Below, in pieces: positions 9,732 through 20,073 of a stretch of DNA of 64,000 nt. The first letter of the stretch is position 1. Every line of letters begins with the position of its first letter. The stretch is taken from the IMG/VR virus record IMGVR_UViG_3300020469_000008, positions 64,001-128,000 of that record; one strand, written 5' to 3'. Position numbers and translations under genes: made by a program. The DNA comes from a virus (lineage: Duplodnaviria; Caudoviricetes). The notes under the pieces were generated by a model. That model was not told the origin of the DNA, made no database searches, and saw nothing but the letters and a program-made list of their open reading frames with translations.

Positions 9732-12700
9732 TTGGTAAAAGTAAGTTAGACTCAATTAGTAACTACAATTTAAGTTATGAAAATTTTCTAGAGGCTATTA
9801 ATGATTTTGATGGTTTTGTTTTAGGATCTTCATATAATGATATATTTTTATTTACAGAAGATCAAAAAATTAAAAAAGCATACACAGCTGCGTCTCAAGA
9901 AGTTAATGATGAAAAAGATCCAGCACTCGATAATTTTGTTAAAAATATTGCATCAAGAATTCTAGACAGAACAACCGGTACTTACTTTTTTAGTGACATG
10001 TTTAATGGCAACATGCACGATAGGTATTTTCCTTACATAACTAACTACGCTGCTGATAATAAATTAAACAATATTGGTGACTTTTTACATATATATCTAC
10101 CTGTGAAAGGATCGAATAGAAGCGGTATAAAAGCATTCAATAACAATGCGTTTGTTGATTGTGTACCAAGAGTTAAAATTAATAATGTTATCCAGCAATC
10201 TCACATGGGTGATCACATTTGTTACTTTACTGATACTAAACAAGTAAGAGTACTTTTGACAGGTAGCGATGGAAAAGCAGTATTTACTACAACTGCGCAA
10301 GGTAACAAAGTAGTCAAACAATACACACAAGATATATCTCCTAGCGGAGAACGCAAGCATCCAGAAATAAATAGAACCGAAGGTTCTAGACAAGGAGATA
10401 GATTTCATACACCTAACTTGTGTGCAATGGTTGTTAGACATCCAAAAGCCAGCTTATCAGGTCGAAATAAGTCACATTTGCCGATATTTTTTAACACAAT
10501 ATCGCCTATTGAGATGTCAAAATGTACTCCGTATATAAACATACAGATTTTATCACTAAACTACGGAAATAAAAAAAATAGAATTGGCAACTTAAATACT
10601 GTCTCCTATTTAAGATTTGTTCAAAATAAATCGTCAGGTGACTTTATACTATCAGATGATTCTAGTTTTGGTAAATTAGGGCCTGTTCAAAAATCCGAGT
10701 CAATAACTGACAAGTTAGTTCGCGAAAACGATTATGATTATAGTTTTATGGACGTTTTTGCGGCGCCACAAATGCTTAGTAACGCAAAAATAAACAAAGA
10801 AAATGGTAATCTACTAAGAAACGCAAACATTAATGACCCAGTCCTAGATCCAATTATGCCGTTTATGTCATTAAAAAATTTAAATGTTAACATAACAGGT
10901 GCTGGATATGGCATAATGTCTTCTAAAAGGGCATCCTTGTCACTTGTCTTACATGATAGATCTCGGTTAACAGATATAGCTCCTCTAGTAAGCAGTACAC
11001 AATTTGCTACTACAAAGATTATCGTTGAATATGGTTGGTCACACCCTGAAGGAGGAGTAGGCTCTGACAATGTAATTGGTAAATATTTAGATGGTATTAA
11101 AGATAGGTCTGTGTTTCAAGTTGTTGGATCTAAGTTTGATTTTGGTGATGGCGGCTCTGTAAACATTGATGTAGATTTAGCTGCTTATGGGTTTAGACAA
11201 ACTGAACGTGTGCATGCCGGGGCAGGACCAGAAGTTCCATTAAATTCGCTGCAAAACTTAATTGAAAAAGCGACAAGTGACTTGATTAAAGACTCAAAAA
11301 ATAGAAAAGAAGCTCCAGAGATAAGACAAGAAATCAAAATGAATTCTCGTTCAGCTAGATCAATTGAATCGATGATATCATGGGATGCTTACAGAGCAAT
11401 AGCAGTAGATCTTAAGAGTAACGATACAAAAAAAATACTTAACAATTTAGAGACTATACTTGCTGGTAAGACAGAGAGTGATGGTACTACGAGAACAGCA
11501 GGGCTCAGCGGAATATTGCAAAAAGAAAAAGAAAAAGTAAATGCTGTGAAAAGAGTTTTTGGTAAATTAGCAGAAATTGAGAGTGATGATAGTGTTGACG
11601 CATTTTTAGTGTCAACTGTTACAGGAGGGGAATCCATTATAGGGGATGAAGAAAGTGAAGATTCTTATACTGATCTTAAATCGGAATTTGTATCAGTAGG
11701 TAAACTAGTATCACAATTTGTGGGTCATCCGCTAGCAGCCACTGGTTTATATGATGAAGTTCAGCTTGTATTTTATCCCATAAACCATCACGCAGGTGGC
11801 GGAAGAGCGCACACTACTGCTAGTTTCCCGATTCAAAAATCGACTGTCGAATTAAAATTTTTAGAAGCGATAAAAAATAATTCACACATATCAACAAAGT
11901 CAGCATTTGCATTAATTGAAAAATTAATGAGAAATAAAAACGAACCGGCGTATGGTTTATCTGATTTACTGACCCAACAAAACAATATTGTTTCAGCAGA
12001 TGCAAACAGGGTACGTGCGGTAGTAAAATCAAGATTAGAAGAAGGTCGATTAGAAGATCTTAATATAGTCGGAAAAGACGCTGAATTAATTGCAAAAATA
12101 ACACAGACTGAAACAGTCAGTGCAGACGATTTTAACGGCTGGCTCTCAAACGAAACTGCGGTTAATGATATAAATGTAAAAGCACAAGAAATAGTAACAA
12201 AATTAAAAGAAACTCAAGCTGAGATAGCAGCAGAAGAAGCAAAAAATCCTCCAAACAATACAACATTAATTGTGCTTAGAACTCGCGAAGTGATGCAAAG
12301 AGGTGAACTAAAAGCTCAAGAGCAAGCTTTGACATTAGCGCAGTATAGAAGTAAAAGATATAACGAAATTGTAAAAACAGTTAGAAAGCAAATTTCAATT
12401 GAAACTTCTACCAACATTACTGAAAGATGTCGTCAAATTTATGATAGTGATGGATTAAAAGAACTTTACCCAGCAGAAAGCAAATTTATTCGTCCAAACT
12501 TAGCAATGAATTTTGAAGTTTTAGATGTAATTAGCCCACCTGATTATTCTAAAAAAGAAACTTCATACAACGGATTAATTGAAAATAAGCAAATATTAAG
12601 GATACATGTTTATGATGAAGAAGCATTGCCAGACCCATCCAAATACGCAGTTTTAAATTCTCTAATAGAAGGTACTGGTAATAAGATGATATCTGGTAAA

Positions 12701-13192
12701 AATTATGAAAAAGTACAAAGCTATTTTAAAGGTCTTAACTTTAACGACGTCAAACAAATTGTTAAAAGATCATATCCTACTATTATATACGGTGCTGCAA
12801 ATTCAACAATTAAAACATTAAGTGTTTCATCAAACACTAGTGGTGAAATGGCAAATGTACTAATGGTTGAAGCTTACGGTAACCTTAAAAAGGGACAAGT
12901 TGAAGGTTTTAACGCTGAGAATGAATTTGATAGTATAGTAATGTTTCCTAACACCGTTTCAATATCAATGCTAGGCATGCCTATGATTGGTAGAGGTAAC
13001 AGTATTTTTATTGACTTTGGGACAAATACTAGTGTTGATAACATATATACTGTGAAGTCAATATCACATTCTATTGGTGCAGGTAATTTTACTAGCACTG
13101 TATCAGTTGTACCATCAAATATGGGTGCTATATCTAACTTTAAAGAAAAGTTATCACAATCAATTAGTAAAATTAGAGAAAATTTAGATTAA
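9728..13192 (+). CDS. Baseplate hub protein (gp27/late-control-D-like)
   Basis: 1154 aa. The C-terminus MLGMPMIGRGNSIFIDFG...IYTVKSISHSIGAGNFTSTV is typical of hub proteins, and it follows the LysM gene. Confidence 0.65.
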   Translation: MIGKSKLDSISNYNLSYENFLEAINDFDGFVLGSSYNDIFLFTEDQKIKKAYTAASQEVNDEKDPALDNFVKNIASRILDRTTGTYFFSDMFNGNMHDRYFPYITNYAADNKLNNIGDFLHIYLPVKGSNRSGIKAFNNNAFVDCVPRVKINNVIQQSHMGDHICYFTDTKQVRVLLTGSDGKAVFTTTAQGNKVVKQYTQDISPSGERKHPEINRTEGSRQGDRFHTPNLCAMVVRHPKASLSGRNKSHLPIFFNTISPIEMSKCTPYINIQILSLNYGNKKNRIGNLNTVSYLRFVQNKSSGDFILSDDSSFGKLGPVQKSESITDKLVRENDYDYSFMDVFAAPQMLSNAKINKENGNLLRNANINDPVLDPIMPFMSLKNLNVNITGAGYGIMSSKRASLSLVLHDRSRLTDIAPLVSSTQFATTKIIVEYGWSHPEGGVGSDNVIGKYLDGIKDRSVFQVVGSKFDFGDGGSVNIDVDLAAYGFRQTERVHAGAGPEVPLNSLQNLIEKATSDLIKDSKNRKEAPEIRQEIKMNSRSARSIESMISWDAYRAIAVDLKSNDTKKILNNLETILAGKTESDGTTRTAGLSGILQKEKEKVNAVKRVFGKLAEIESDDSVDAFLVSTVTGGESIIGDEESEDSYTDLKSEFVSVGKLVSQFVGHPLAATGLYDEVQLVFYPINHHAGGGRAHTTASFPIQKSTVELKFLEAIKNNSHISTKSAFALIEKLMRNKNEPAYGLSDLLTQQNNIVSADANRVRAVVKSRLEEGRLEDLNIVGKDAELIAKITQTETVSADDFNGWLSNETAVNDINVKAQEIVTKLKETQAEIAAEEAKNPPNNTTLIVLRTREVMQRGELKAQEQALTLAQYRSKRYNEIVKTVRKQISIETSTNITERCRQIYDSDGLKELYPAESKFIRPNLAMNFEVLDVISPPDYSKKETSYNGLIENKQILRIHVYDEEALPDPSKYAVLNSLIEGTGNKMISGKNYEKVQSYFKGLNFNDVKQIVKRSYPTIIYGAANSTIKTLSVSSNTSGEMANVLMVEAYGNLKKGQVEGFNAENEFDSIVMFPNTVSISMLGMPMIGRGNSIFIDFGTNTSVDNIYTVKSISHSIGAGNFTSTVSVVPSNMGAISNFKEKLSQSISKIRENLD

Positions 13193-13199
13193 TTAGTTT

Positions 13200-13228
13200 T
13201 TGTAAATTTAACTCTGGGTTTGTATTAA
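13200..13228 (+). promoter_or_regulatory. sigma70-type promoter TTGTAA-N17-TATTAA (probably leaderless polA mRNA)
   Basis: Exact 17-nt spacer. The ATG starts 7 nt after the -10 hexamer, with no SD. Confidence 0.55.
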
Positions 13229-13234
13229 TTAACT

Positions 13235-14305
13235 ATGAATTCCTTAATAAAACAAAAACAAATCGGTACAGTTATTTTAGATAGATCCTGGTCACTAACT
13301 GGTGACCAGTGTAAATTTAAATTAAGTAAATCAGATCTAGTACTTAATATTTCAACATTATCTAATATAAGAATTTTGTCTGACTTAGATAAGATAAAGT
13401 CTGTAAGCGAATATTATTATAGTATGTTCTCAACACTAAATTTTAGTGGAAGTATAGTATATAAAGAAATGTTAGGAAGAAAAAAATCTTTAGAATATTT
13501 AGAATACTTAAAAAGTAACATTGACAGTACAAATAAAATGATCACATCATACCATACAGATGTATTTAATATTAGAAAACAGTGCTATAAGAATTTAAGT
13601 AAAGTAGAATTAGAAGGTGTGGAGTTAGAGACTCCCTTTTACGATCACAGTGGTGTTACAGGAAGAACAAGTATTAAAAAAGGGTTTAATTTCTTAACTT
13701 TAAAAAAAGAGAAAAGGTCACTTATAAAACCAGTAAATAAAAACATGTGTTTAGTTGAAGTTGATTTTAAATCTTGTGAACCATTCTTCTATCTTAAATC
13801 TATTGGGCTTGAGATATCTGGTAATGACGTATATACTTGGTTGTGTAATAAGTACAATATATCCATATCAAATAGAGATAATATTAAAAGAGGCATATTA
13901 TCAATGATTTATGGTGCAAATGAAAATACAACTGCAAGGTTTATGAAAGTTCCTGTTAAAAAAATAAAAGAAATTAAAAATGACCTTAAGTTAGAAGAAC
14001 TAGAAACTAACTTACGTAATGAGTTTGATAATAACGATTTTTTCCTTAACTATTATGGAAGACCAATAACAAGTGATAACAATGTTGTAAATTACTACAT
14101 TCAATCTTCTGCTGTTGATTTTTGTTCTCTGGCTTTTGACAATTTTTGTAAATTAAATAATCTAAAACCTAGTTATTTCATACACGATAGTATGACATTC
14201 CAATGCGAAAAGAATAAACTTGATAGTATTATTAAGGTAAAAGAAATTTATGAACCGTATTCTAAAATAAATATTCCTGTGGAATTTAATGTCATTTATC
14301 GATAA
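13235..14305 (+). CDS. Minimal family-A DNA polymerase (polymerase domain only)
   Basis: Motif A VEVDFKSCEP, motif B R.NIK.GILSMIYGA, NYYGRP, NYYIQSSAVD, and motif C IHDS. Only 356 aa. Confidence 0.8.
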   Translation: MNSLIKQKQIGTVILDRSWSLTGDQCKFKLSKSDLVLNISTLSNIRILSDLDKIKSVSEYYYSMFSTLNFSGSIVYKEMLGRKKSLEYLEYLKSNIDSTNKMITSYHTDVFNIRKQCYKNLSKVELEGVELETPFYDHSGVTGRTSIKKGFNFLTLKKEKRSLIKPVNKNMCLVEVDFKSCEPFFYLKSIGLEISGNDVYTWLCNKYNISISNRDNIKRGILSMIYGANENTTARFMKVPVKKIKEIKNDLKLEELETNLRNEFDNNDFFLNYYGRPITSDNNVVNYYIQSSAVDFCSLAFDNFCKLNNLKPSYFIHDSMTFQCEKNKLDSIIKVKEIYEPYSKINIPVEFNVIYR

Positions 14306-14313
14306 TTAGATAT

Positions 14314-14904
14314 ATGAAACATTTAAAAGAATTAGGTATCGGATCGTTCCGACCAGGAACAACAGTAAATGGAAAACATCTCGCTCCTACCGGTCATGGG
14401 AGTCCGAGAAGTGATGCAGACAGTCACCATTCAAGAATGAGTCAGCGCCATTATCCACTTGACTATTTTGAAGAATATGATGAAGATGAAGATATAATAT
14501 TAGACTGTCGTATTTATCGAGATGGAAAGTTTCAGTTACTAGAAACATTAAAAGCTTTGGATGAATTTACAAATTACGCTGATAAATACGCGCAAATGGC
14601 ACAAAAAATAAACGATAAAACATTTGCACGAAACAATAAAACAAGAAATCTTGATACACTTGAAGATAAAATAAACCAAAACGAAAACATGAAAGAGTTG
14701 GATGAAGATCCTATTGAAGAATTTTCTGGTGCAGCAGCTGGAGGTGGTGGTCCTGCAGTACCTTTAGGGTACACAGCAAAAGGTAAACCTGAAACGCGAG
14801 CACAACGAAGAAAAAGACAAAAATTTAATATCACGAAGTCTTATCCTTATACAAAGCTTGCAAAACCACCTAGATCTAGAAAAAATAAGAAAAAAACAAA
14901 ATAA
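14314..14904 (+). CDS. Hypothetical late protein (possible head-internal)
   Basis: GATAATTA at 14301-14308. The protein has LLE/LDE/IEE sites, a Gly/Ala linker and a very basic C-terminus. Confidence 0.7.
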   Translation: MKHLKELGIGSFRPGTTVNGKHLAPTGHGSPRSDADSHHSRMSQRHYPLDYFEEYDEDEDIILDCRIYRDGKFQLLETLKALDEFTNYADKYAQMAQKINDKTFARNNKTRNLDTLEDKINQNENMKELDEDPIEEFSGAAAGGGGPAVPLGYTAKGKPETRAQRRKRQKFNITKSYPYTKLAKPPRSRKNKKKTK

Positions 14905-14905
14905 T

Positions 14906-14935
14906 TTGATAAATTTTCTTCTATCTTGTTAGTAT
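14906..14935 (+). promoter_or_regulatory. sigma70-type promoter TTGATA-N18-TAGTAT with extended -10
   Basis: It lies upstream of the ssb gene and has TGn before the -10 hexamer. Confidence 0.4.
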
Positions 14936-14998
14936 TAATTGTTCAACAAATCATTTAGATTTTGGACATTATAAGTTAAACATTAAAAAGGAGAAAAC

Positions 14999-15775
14999 AT
15001 GGCACTAGATTTTGATGCTATTAAACGAAAACTTGAAAGACTTAGTGGTAACACCACTTCTAGAAACGTAATGTGGAAGCCAGAAGAAGGGCAAGAATAT
15101 GAAGTTCGACTTCTTTCATTCCCAGATAATGACGGTCAACCATTCAAAGAATTGATGTTCTATTACAACATCCCTGGACAACGTGGATTATTGGCACCAA
15201 GCCAGTTCGGTAAACGTGACCCAATTCAAGAGTTGATTGATAAATTGCGCAGCGAAGGAACAAAAGAAAGCTATGAAATGGCAAAGAAGTTGTATCCAAA
15301 AATGCGCGTTTACGCACCTGTGATTGTTCGTGGCGAAGAATCTGAAGGTGTTAGAATATGGTCATTTGGTAAACTGGTATATCAAGCATTGCTTTCATTG
15401 ATGATGGATGAAGACTATGGTGATATCACAGACCTAAAAACAGGAACTGATGTAAAGGTAAAATGTACAAAGCCACCTGGTCAACAGTGGGCAAAGACAG
15501 AAGTATTACCTAAGCGCAAATCTTCACCGCTTTCAAAAGATGGGAAACAAGCAAAAGAATGGATCACAAACATTCCAGATATTAACAACATTTTTCAAAC
15601 TAAGTCATATGACGAGTTGAGTAACATTATTAATAACTGGCTTAATAGTGATGAAGTTGAAAGCGAAGGTTCTGACTGGTCTGCTAGCAAGCAAACTTCA
15701 AACAGTAAATCAGATGATAGTAGCGACACATCATACTCTAACTTAGATGATGCTTTCTCTGACTTAATGAGTTAA
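14999..15775 (+). CDS. Single-stranded DNA-binding protein (T4 gp32-like)
   Basis: MALDFDAIKRKL, WKPEEG...VRLL, YPKMRVYAPVIVRGEE..GVRIWSFG, YGDITD..TGTD, and an acidic tail ending FSDLMS. Confidence 0.88.
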   Translation: MALDFDAIKRKLERLSGNTTSRNVMWKPEEGQEYEVRLLSFPDNDGQPFKELMFYYNIPGQRGLLAPSQFGKRDPIQELIDKLRSEGTKESYEMAKKLYPKMRVYAPVIVRGEESEGVRIWSFGKLVYQALLSLMMDEDYGDITDLKTGTDVKVKCTKPPGQQWAKTEVLPKRKSSPLSKDGKQAKEWITNIPDINNIFQTKSYDELSNIINNWLNSDEVESEGSDWSASKQTSNSKSDDSSDTSYSNLDDAFSDLMS

Positions 15776-15800
15776 CATAAATTAAAAATGTAGTTTTTTG

Positions 15801-15826
15801 ACCCGGACGAATGTCCGGGTTTTTTT
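15801..15826 (+). terminator. Intrinsic terminator after ssb
   Basis: ACCCGGAC-gaat-GTCCGGGT followed by T6. Confidence 0.9.
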
Positions 15827-15866
15827 GTTGTTAGTTGAATATATATAGTCATATACGAGGTTAATA

Positions 15867-16523
15867 GTGAATAACAATATTTTAGATTATCGAATTAAAC
15901 GAAATAATAGATATCAGCTACTTGAAACAGTCGAAAATATATCTAATGATCATGTATTGTTGGAGGGTGGTTCTATTGTTGGAAGTCAAATCCATAGAAT
16001 AGTAACAACCGGATTAATGGCACTCCTAGATGACGCCACAGGTGAATTATCAGGTATGATTGCTGTCTTGCCTTTACTTTATAAGAATGTTTATGAAATA
16101 CATACTTCTAACAAGGCAGTAGAAAGATTTTTGCAGGGTGATGCTGTTAATGTTGATACAGTACAATTAAAAGAATTGCGTCAAGATTTAATCAAAGATG
16201 TTTCTGATATTGTTAACGCAATAGTTCTCGCATTACCTATACCTATTATAGATGCAGCTGGGATTGCTTTCTTTAACATGTTAGAAGGTTTTATCATTGG
16301 AAAAGGCTCAGCTAGCTTTTTAAACTTAGTTGATGGTTTCCAGGATTCAAATCCTACATTATCTAAAATATTAGAAATTATAGCATATCCTTTTGGTGGC
16401 AATGTGATATACAAAGGATTGAGGAATATATCAATGATTAATGACATTATTGATATCGATATGCAAAAAAAAGATGGAAAAACAATTACTGAACGTTGGG
16501 AAGTTTTATCAGGAATTAATTGA
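15867..16523 (+). CDS. Hypothetical protein
   Basis: GTG start with GAGG SD. An AATATATA late-like motif lies at 15838-15845, and the N-terminus has LLE sites. Confidence 0.7.
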   Translation: MNNNILDYRIKRNNRYQLLETVENISNDHVLLEGGSIVGSQIHRIVTTGLMALLDDATGELSGMIAVLPLLYKNVYEIHTSNKAVERFLQGDAVNVDTVQLKELRQDLIKDVSDIVNAIVLALPIPIIDAAGIAFFNMLEGFIIGKGSASFLNLVDGFQDSNPTLSKILEIIAYPFGGNVIYKGLRNISMINDIIDIDMQKKDGKTITERWEVLSGIN

Positions 16524-16548
16524 AAAATCTTAATATATGCTATATAAT
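16520..16548 (+). promoter_or_regulatory. sigma70-type promoter TTGAAA-N17-TATAAT
   Basis: Near-consensus hexamers with exact 17-nt spacer upstream of recA. Confidence 0.75.
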
Positions 16549-16569
16549 CTACTAACAAAGGAGTAGTTA

Positions 16570-17715
16570 ATGGCAAAAGAAGATTTTACATCCCAACTTA
16601 TTAAATCACTTAATAAAGATTACAAAACAAAAGTCGCATATAATTTATCAGAGGATGAAAGTCCTACACAAGTCAAACGTTGGATATCAACAGGATCTAA
16701 GTTGTTGGATTACATTTGTGCAAACCAACCTGATGGTGGTTTTCCAGAAGGAAGAATTGTAGAAATATTTGGCCCACCATCTATTGGTAAATCACATATC
16801 GCAACACAAATTGCAAGAAGTACCCAAAGTATGGGAGGTATTGCAGTTTATATTGATACGGAAAATGCAACTAGCATTGAAAATCTTGGAAACTTAGGTG
16901 TTGATGTGTCACAGCGATTTGTTTATGTTGATACACACTGTACTGAGCATGTACTGGACTTAGCAGAAAAAACAATTTTAAAAGCGAAAGCTCTTGATAA
17001 AGATGTACCTGTTGTAATTATATGGGATAGCGTTGCCGCTTCTTCCCCTAAAGCTGAACTGTTAGGTGACTATGACAAAGAAAGTATCGGATTACAAGCA
17101 CGTGCAATCTCCAAAGGTATGCGTAAAATAACTGGTGTTATAGGCCAAACTAACAGTTTGCTAGTTTGCTTAAACCAGATCCGTACAAAAGTAGGCGTCA
17201 TGTATGGTGATCCTGATACGACACCTGGAGGTAAAGCGATACCATTTCATTCCTCTATCAGAATTAAACTGGGAGCCGGCCAACAAATTAAAGATGGTGA
17301 CGATGTTATTGGTATTCATGTTTGGGCAAAAACTGTTAAAAATAAAGTGGCACCACCATTTAGAAAGGTAGACTTCCAAATTCATTTTGGAAAAGGTATT
17401 GTTGAACATGAAGAAATGTTTGACTTACTAAGAAAACACGGGATTGTGACTCATGAAGATAGGAGCTACCAAGTCTCAGGGACAGGCGGTTGGAAAACTA
17501 TTGAAATGTTCGATGAAAATGGTACACTATTAGATTCTAAAAAGTTTAGAAAGACAGAGTTTGATGAAATTATGACAGATGAATTTTGGGGACCTATTGT
17601 TGATGGAATACTAAAAGATGCAATGATAAAAAAGATGGGTACATCAGATGGCGTCGACATCGATGCAGATTCATATGAGGAGATACGATCACTAGCAGAT
17701 GAACTGGATATGTAA
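16570..17715 (+). CDS. recA: RecA/UvsX recombinase
   Basis: ISTGS..LD, GRIVEIFGPPSIGKS Walker A, YIDTENA, IIWDSVAA, NQIRTKVGVMYGDP.TTPGG.A..FHSSIRI and KNKVAPPF. Confidence 0.97.
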   Translation: MAKEDFTSQLIKSLNKDYKTKVAYNLSEDESPTQVKRWISTGSKLLDYICANQPDGGFPEGRIVEIFGPPSIGKSHIATQIARSTQSMGGIAVYIDTENATSIENLGNLGVDVSQRFVYVDTHCTEHVLDLAEKTILKAKALDKDVPVVIIWDSVAASSPKAELLGDYDKESIGLQARAISKGMRKITGVIGQTNSLLVCLNQIRTKVGVMYGDPDTTPGGKAIPFHSSIRIKLGAGQQIKDGDDVIGIHVWAKTVKNKVAPPFRKVDFQIHFGKGIVEHEEMFDLLRKHGIVTHEDRSYQVSGTGGWKTIEMFDENGTLLDSKKFRKTEFDEIMTDEFWGPIVDGILKDAMIKKMGTSDGVDIDADSYEEIRSLADELDM

Positions 17716-18692
17716 TGGTAAAAAATAGAGTACTGATATTTGATGCATTGAATGTTTTTATGCGTCATTATATTGCACATCCAGCAATGTCAGATAATGG
17801 TGAACAGATAGGTGGTATTATTGGTTTTTACTATAATGTAGTCAATCTTATTGAAAAGTGCAAACCAGAAAGTGTTATTGTAATCTGGGAAGGTGGCGGT
17901 TCGAAAAGAAAAAGAGATTTATACCCGGATTATAAGAATGGCGGACGTCCAGCAAAAATGAATCGTTATTATGAAAAAGAAGAAATACCTGATACTTTGG
18001 AAAATAGGAATTTTCAAATAAGAACATTAATAGGGATATTATCAAATCTACCAATTTGTCAAGTTTATATAGAAGATGCTGAAGCGGATGATGCGATAGG
18101 TTACATTTGTAAATACAAACTAAAGCGAAAAAACAAAGTCATAGTTTCAGGTGATCATGATTTTTATCAATTAATTGACGAGGATTGCATCATATATTCT
18201 CCAAACTCAAAGTCATTTATTAATACCGATAAAGTTATAGAGAAGTACGGTGTTCATCCTCATAACTTCTGCTTAGCAAAATCAGTGGTAGGCGATAAAT
18301 CAGACAACATTCCAGGTGTTTCTGGCGTAGGTTATAAAAAATTAGCAAAAGATTTTTCAGAATTATTTCTTAATAAAGACTTTGACAATAACATGATAGA
18401 TTTCTTTACAAGTAACGACGTTAAACACAGTGAACACCCAAAGAAGAAGATATATAAATCTATTAAAGATAGTGAGAAATTAATTGAGCGTAACATTAAA
18501 TTGGTCAGGTTGGATGTAGATAACTTAGTACATATGCAAACAAAAACAATTGATGAAAGTATTGAAAATTTTAAGCCGACGTGGAATAATCTAAAAGCAA
18601 TTAAACATTTAAACGAAAACAATATAAAGAATATAGATTTTTTACGGCACGGATATTTGCTACGAACTCTAACTCAAGGAAAATTATGGTGA
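17715..18692 (+). CDS. 5'-3' exonuclease / RNase H (PolI N-terminal / T4 rnh-like)
   Basis: LIFDALN, YPDYK.G.RP, EADDAIG, VSGDHDFYQL and GDKSDNIPGVSGVG. Confidence 0.93.
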   Translation: MVKNRVLIFDALNVFMRHYIAHPAMSDNGEQIGGIIGFYYNVVNLIEKCKPESVIVIWEGGGSKRKRDLYPDYKNGGRPAKMNRYYEKEEIPDTLENRNFQIRTLIGILSNLPICQVYIEDAEADDAIGYICKYKLKRKNKVIVSGDHDFYQLIDEDCIIYSPNSKSFINTDKVIEKYGVHPHNFCLAKSVVGDKSDNIPGVSGVGYKKLAKDFSELFLNKDFDNNMIDFFTSNDVKHSEHPKKKIYKSIKDSEKLIERNIKLVRLDVDNLVHMQTKTIDESIENFKPTWNNLKAIKHLNENNIKNIDFLRHGYLLRTLTQGKLW

Positions 18693-20065
18693 TGGAAAAC
18701 CCAAACTACTTCTCAAAATATGGCAAAGATTTTCAAGAAAAAATATTTCAAGCACTTCTAAATGACCACGAATGGGCATCACAAATGATGGAAGTGATGA
18801 AGTATGACTATTTTGAATTAAAATATTTGCAATTTTTGTGTGACAGATTTTTTAGTTTCTACTCTAAATACAGAAACTTCCCAACAATGCAACTACTTGT
18901 TTCAATTATACGTGATGAGTTAACAGCAGGTGATGACATTATTTTAAGAGAACAAGTTATAGAATACTTGACTCGTATGAAATCATCACCAAACTTAGGG
19001 GACTTAAAATTTGTAAAAGATAAAACACTTGACTTTTGTAAAAAACAAACGTTACAGCAAGCACTTGAAGAAAGTGTAAAAGCAATTAAGCAAGAAAATT
19101 ACGAAGACGTTTTAAACATTATGAAGGACGCTGTCTTCAAAGGAAACACATCTACTTTAGGTCATAATTTCTTTGAAGATCATGAAGCAAGATTTCAGCA
19201 AATTGATCGAGCAACATGTCCAACTGGTATCAAACATTTGGATCAAAAAGATGTTTTAAAAGGTGGTTTAGGAAGAGGAGAAATAGGTGTTGTTGTTGCG
19301 AATACAGGTGTGGGAAAATCACATTATCTCGTTGCTATGGGTGCTGAGGCATTACGTAGGGGAAAAAATGTTGTACATTACACTTTTGAGTTAACTGAGA
19401 CAGCAGTTGGTATAAGATACGATAGTAACTTATGTAATGTCCCATCATCAAATGTAGTAGATAATAAGGAGACAATTCTTAAAACTTATGAGGAAAATGA
19501 TTTCGGTAACTTGATAATTAAGCAATATCCCACCGGTGGCGCTAGCATCATAACTATTCGAAATCATCTAGATAAACTCATGATGAAAGATTTTAAACCT
19601 AGTTTGCTCGTCATCGATTATGCAGATATTATGCGATCTACACGAACTTATGATTCACTAAGACACGAACTTAAATTAGTATACGAAGAACTCAGGAACC
19701 TTGCAATGGAAATGAACATTCCTATCTGGACAGCATCTCAAGCTAATCGCGATTCTGCAAAATCAGAAATTGTAGGATTAGAAAATATGTCAGAAGCATA
19801 CGGGAAAGCAATGGTGGCAGATGTTGTCGTTTCTCTTTCAAGAAAGCCTATGGAAAAATCAACTGGTGCCGGTCGTCTTTTTGTGGCCAAAAATCGTGCA
19901 GGTCGTGATGGATTAATGTTCCCAATTAGAATTGATTGCTCAATGTCAAAAATTGAAGTATTGGATGATGTTCGTGAAATGTCAATTGTAGACGCAATCG
20001 AGCGAGACAATGCCGGAACAAAAAACATGTTAAAGTCAAAATGGAAAGAAATCACAGGAAAATAG
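18686..20065 (+). CDS. dnaB: Replicative DnaB-like helicase (T4 gp41-like)
   Basis: GLGRGEIGVVVANTGVGKS, TFELTE, VIDYADIM, WTASQANR and KNRAGRDG. Confidence 0.92.
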   Translation: MVMENPNYFSKYGKDFQEKIFQALLNDHEWASQMMEVMKYDYFELKYLQFLCDRFFSFYSKYRNFPTMQLLVSIIRDELTAGDDIILREQVIEYLTRMKSSPNLGDLKFVKDKTLDFCKKQTLQQALEESVKAIKQENYEDVLNIMKDAVFKGNTSTLGHNFFEDHEARFQQIDRATCPTGIKHLDQKDVLKGGLGRGEIGVVVANTGVGKSHYLVAMGAEALRRGKNVVHYTFELTETAVGIRYDSNLCNVPSSNVVDNKETILKTYEENDFGNLIIKQYPTGGASIITIRNHLDKLMMKDFKPSLLVIDYADIMRSTRTYDSLRHELKLVYEELRNLAMEMNIPIWTASQANRDSAKSEIVGLENMSEAYGKAMVADVVVSLSRKPMEKSTGAGRLFVAKNRAGRDGLMFPIRIDCSMSKIEVLDDVREMSIVDAIERDNAGTKNMLKSKWKEITGK

Positions 20066-20073
20066 GAGAATTA

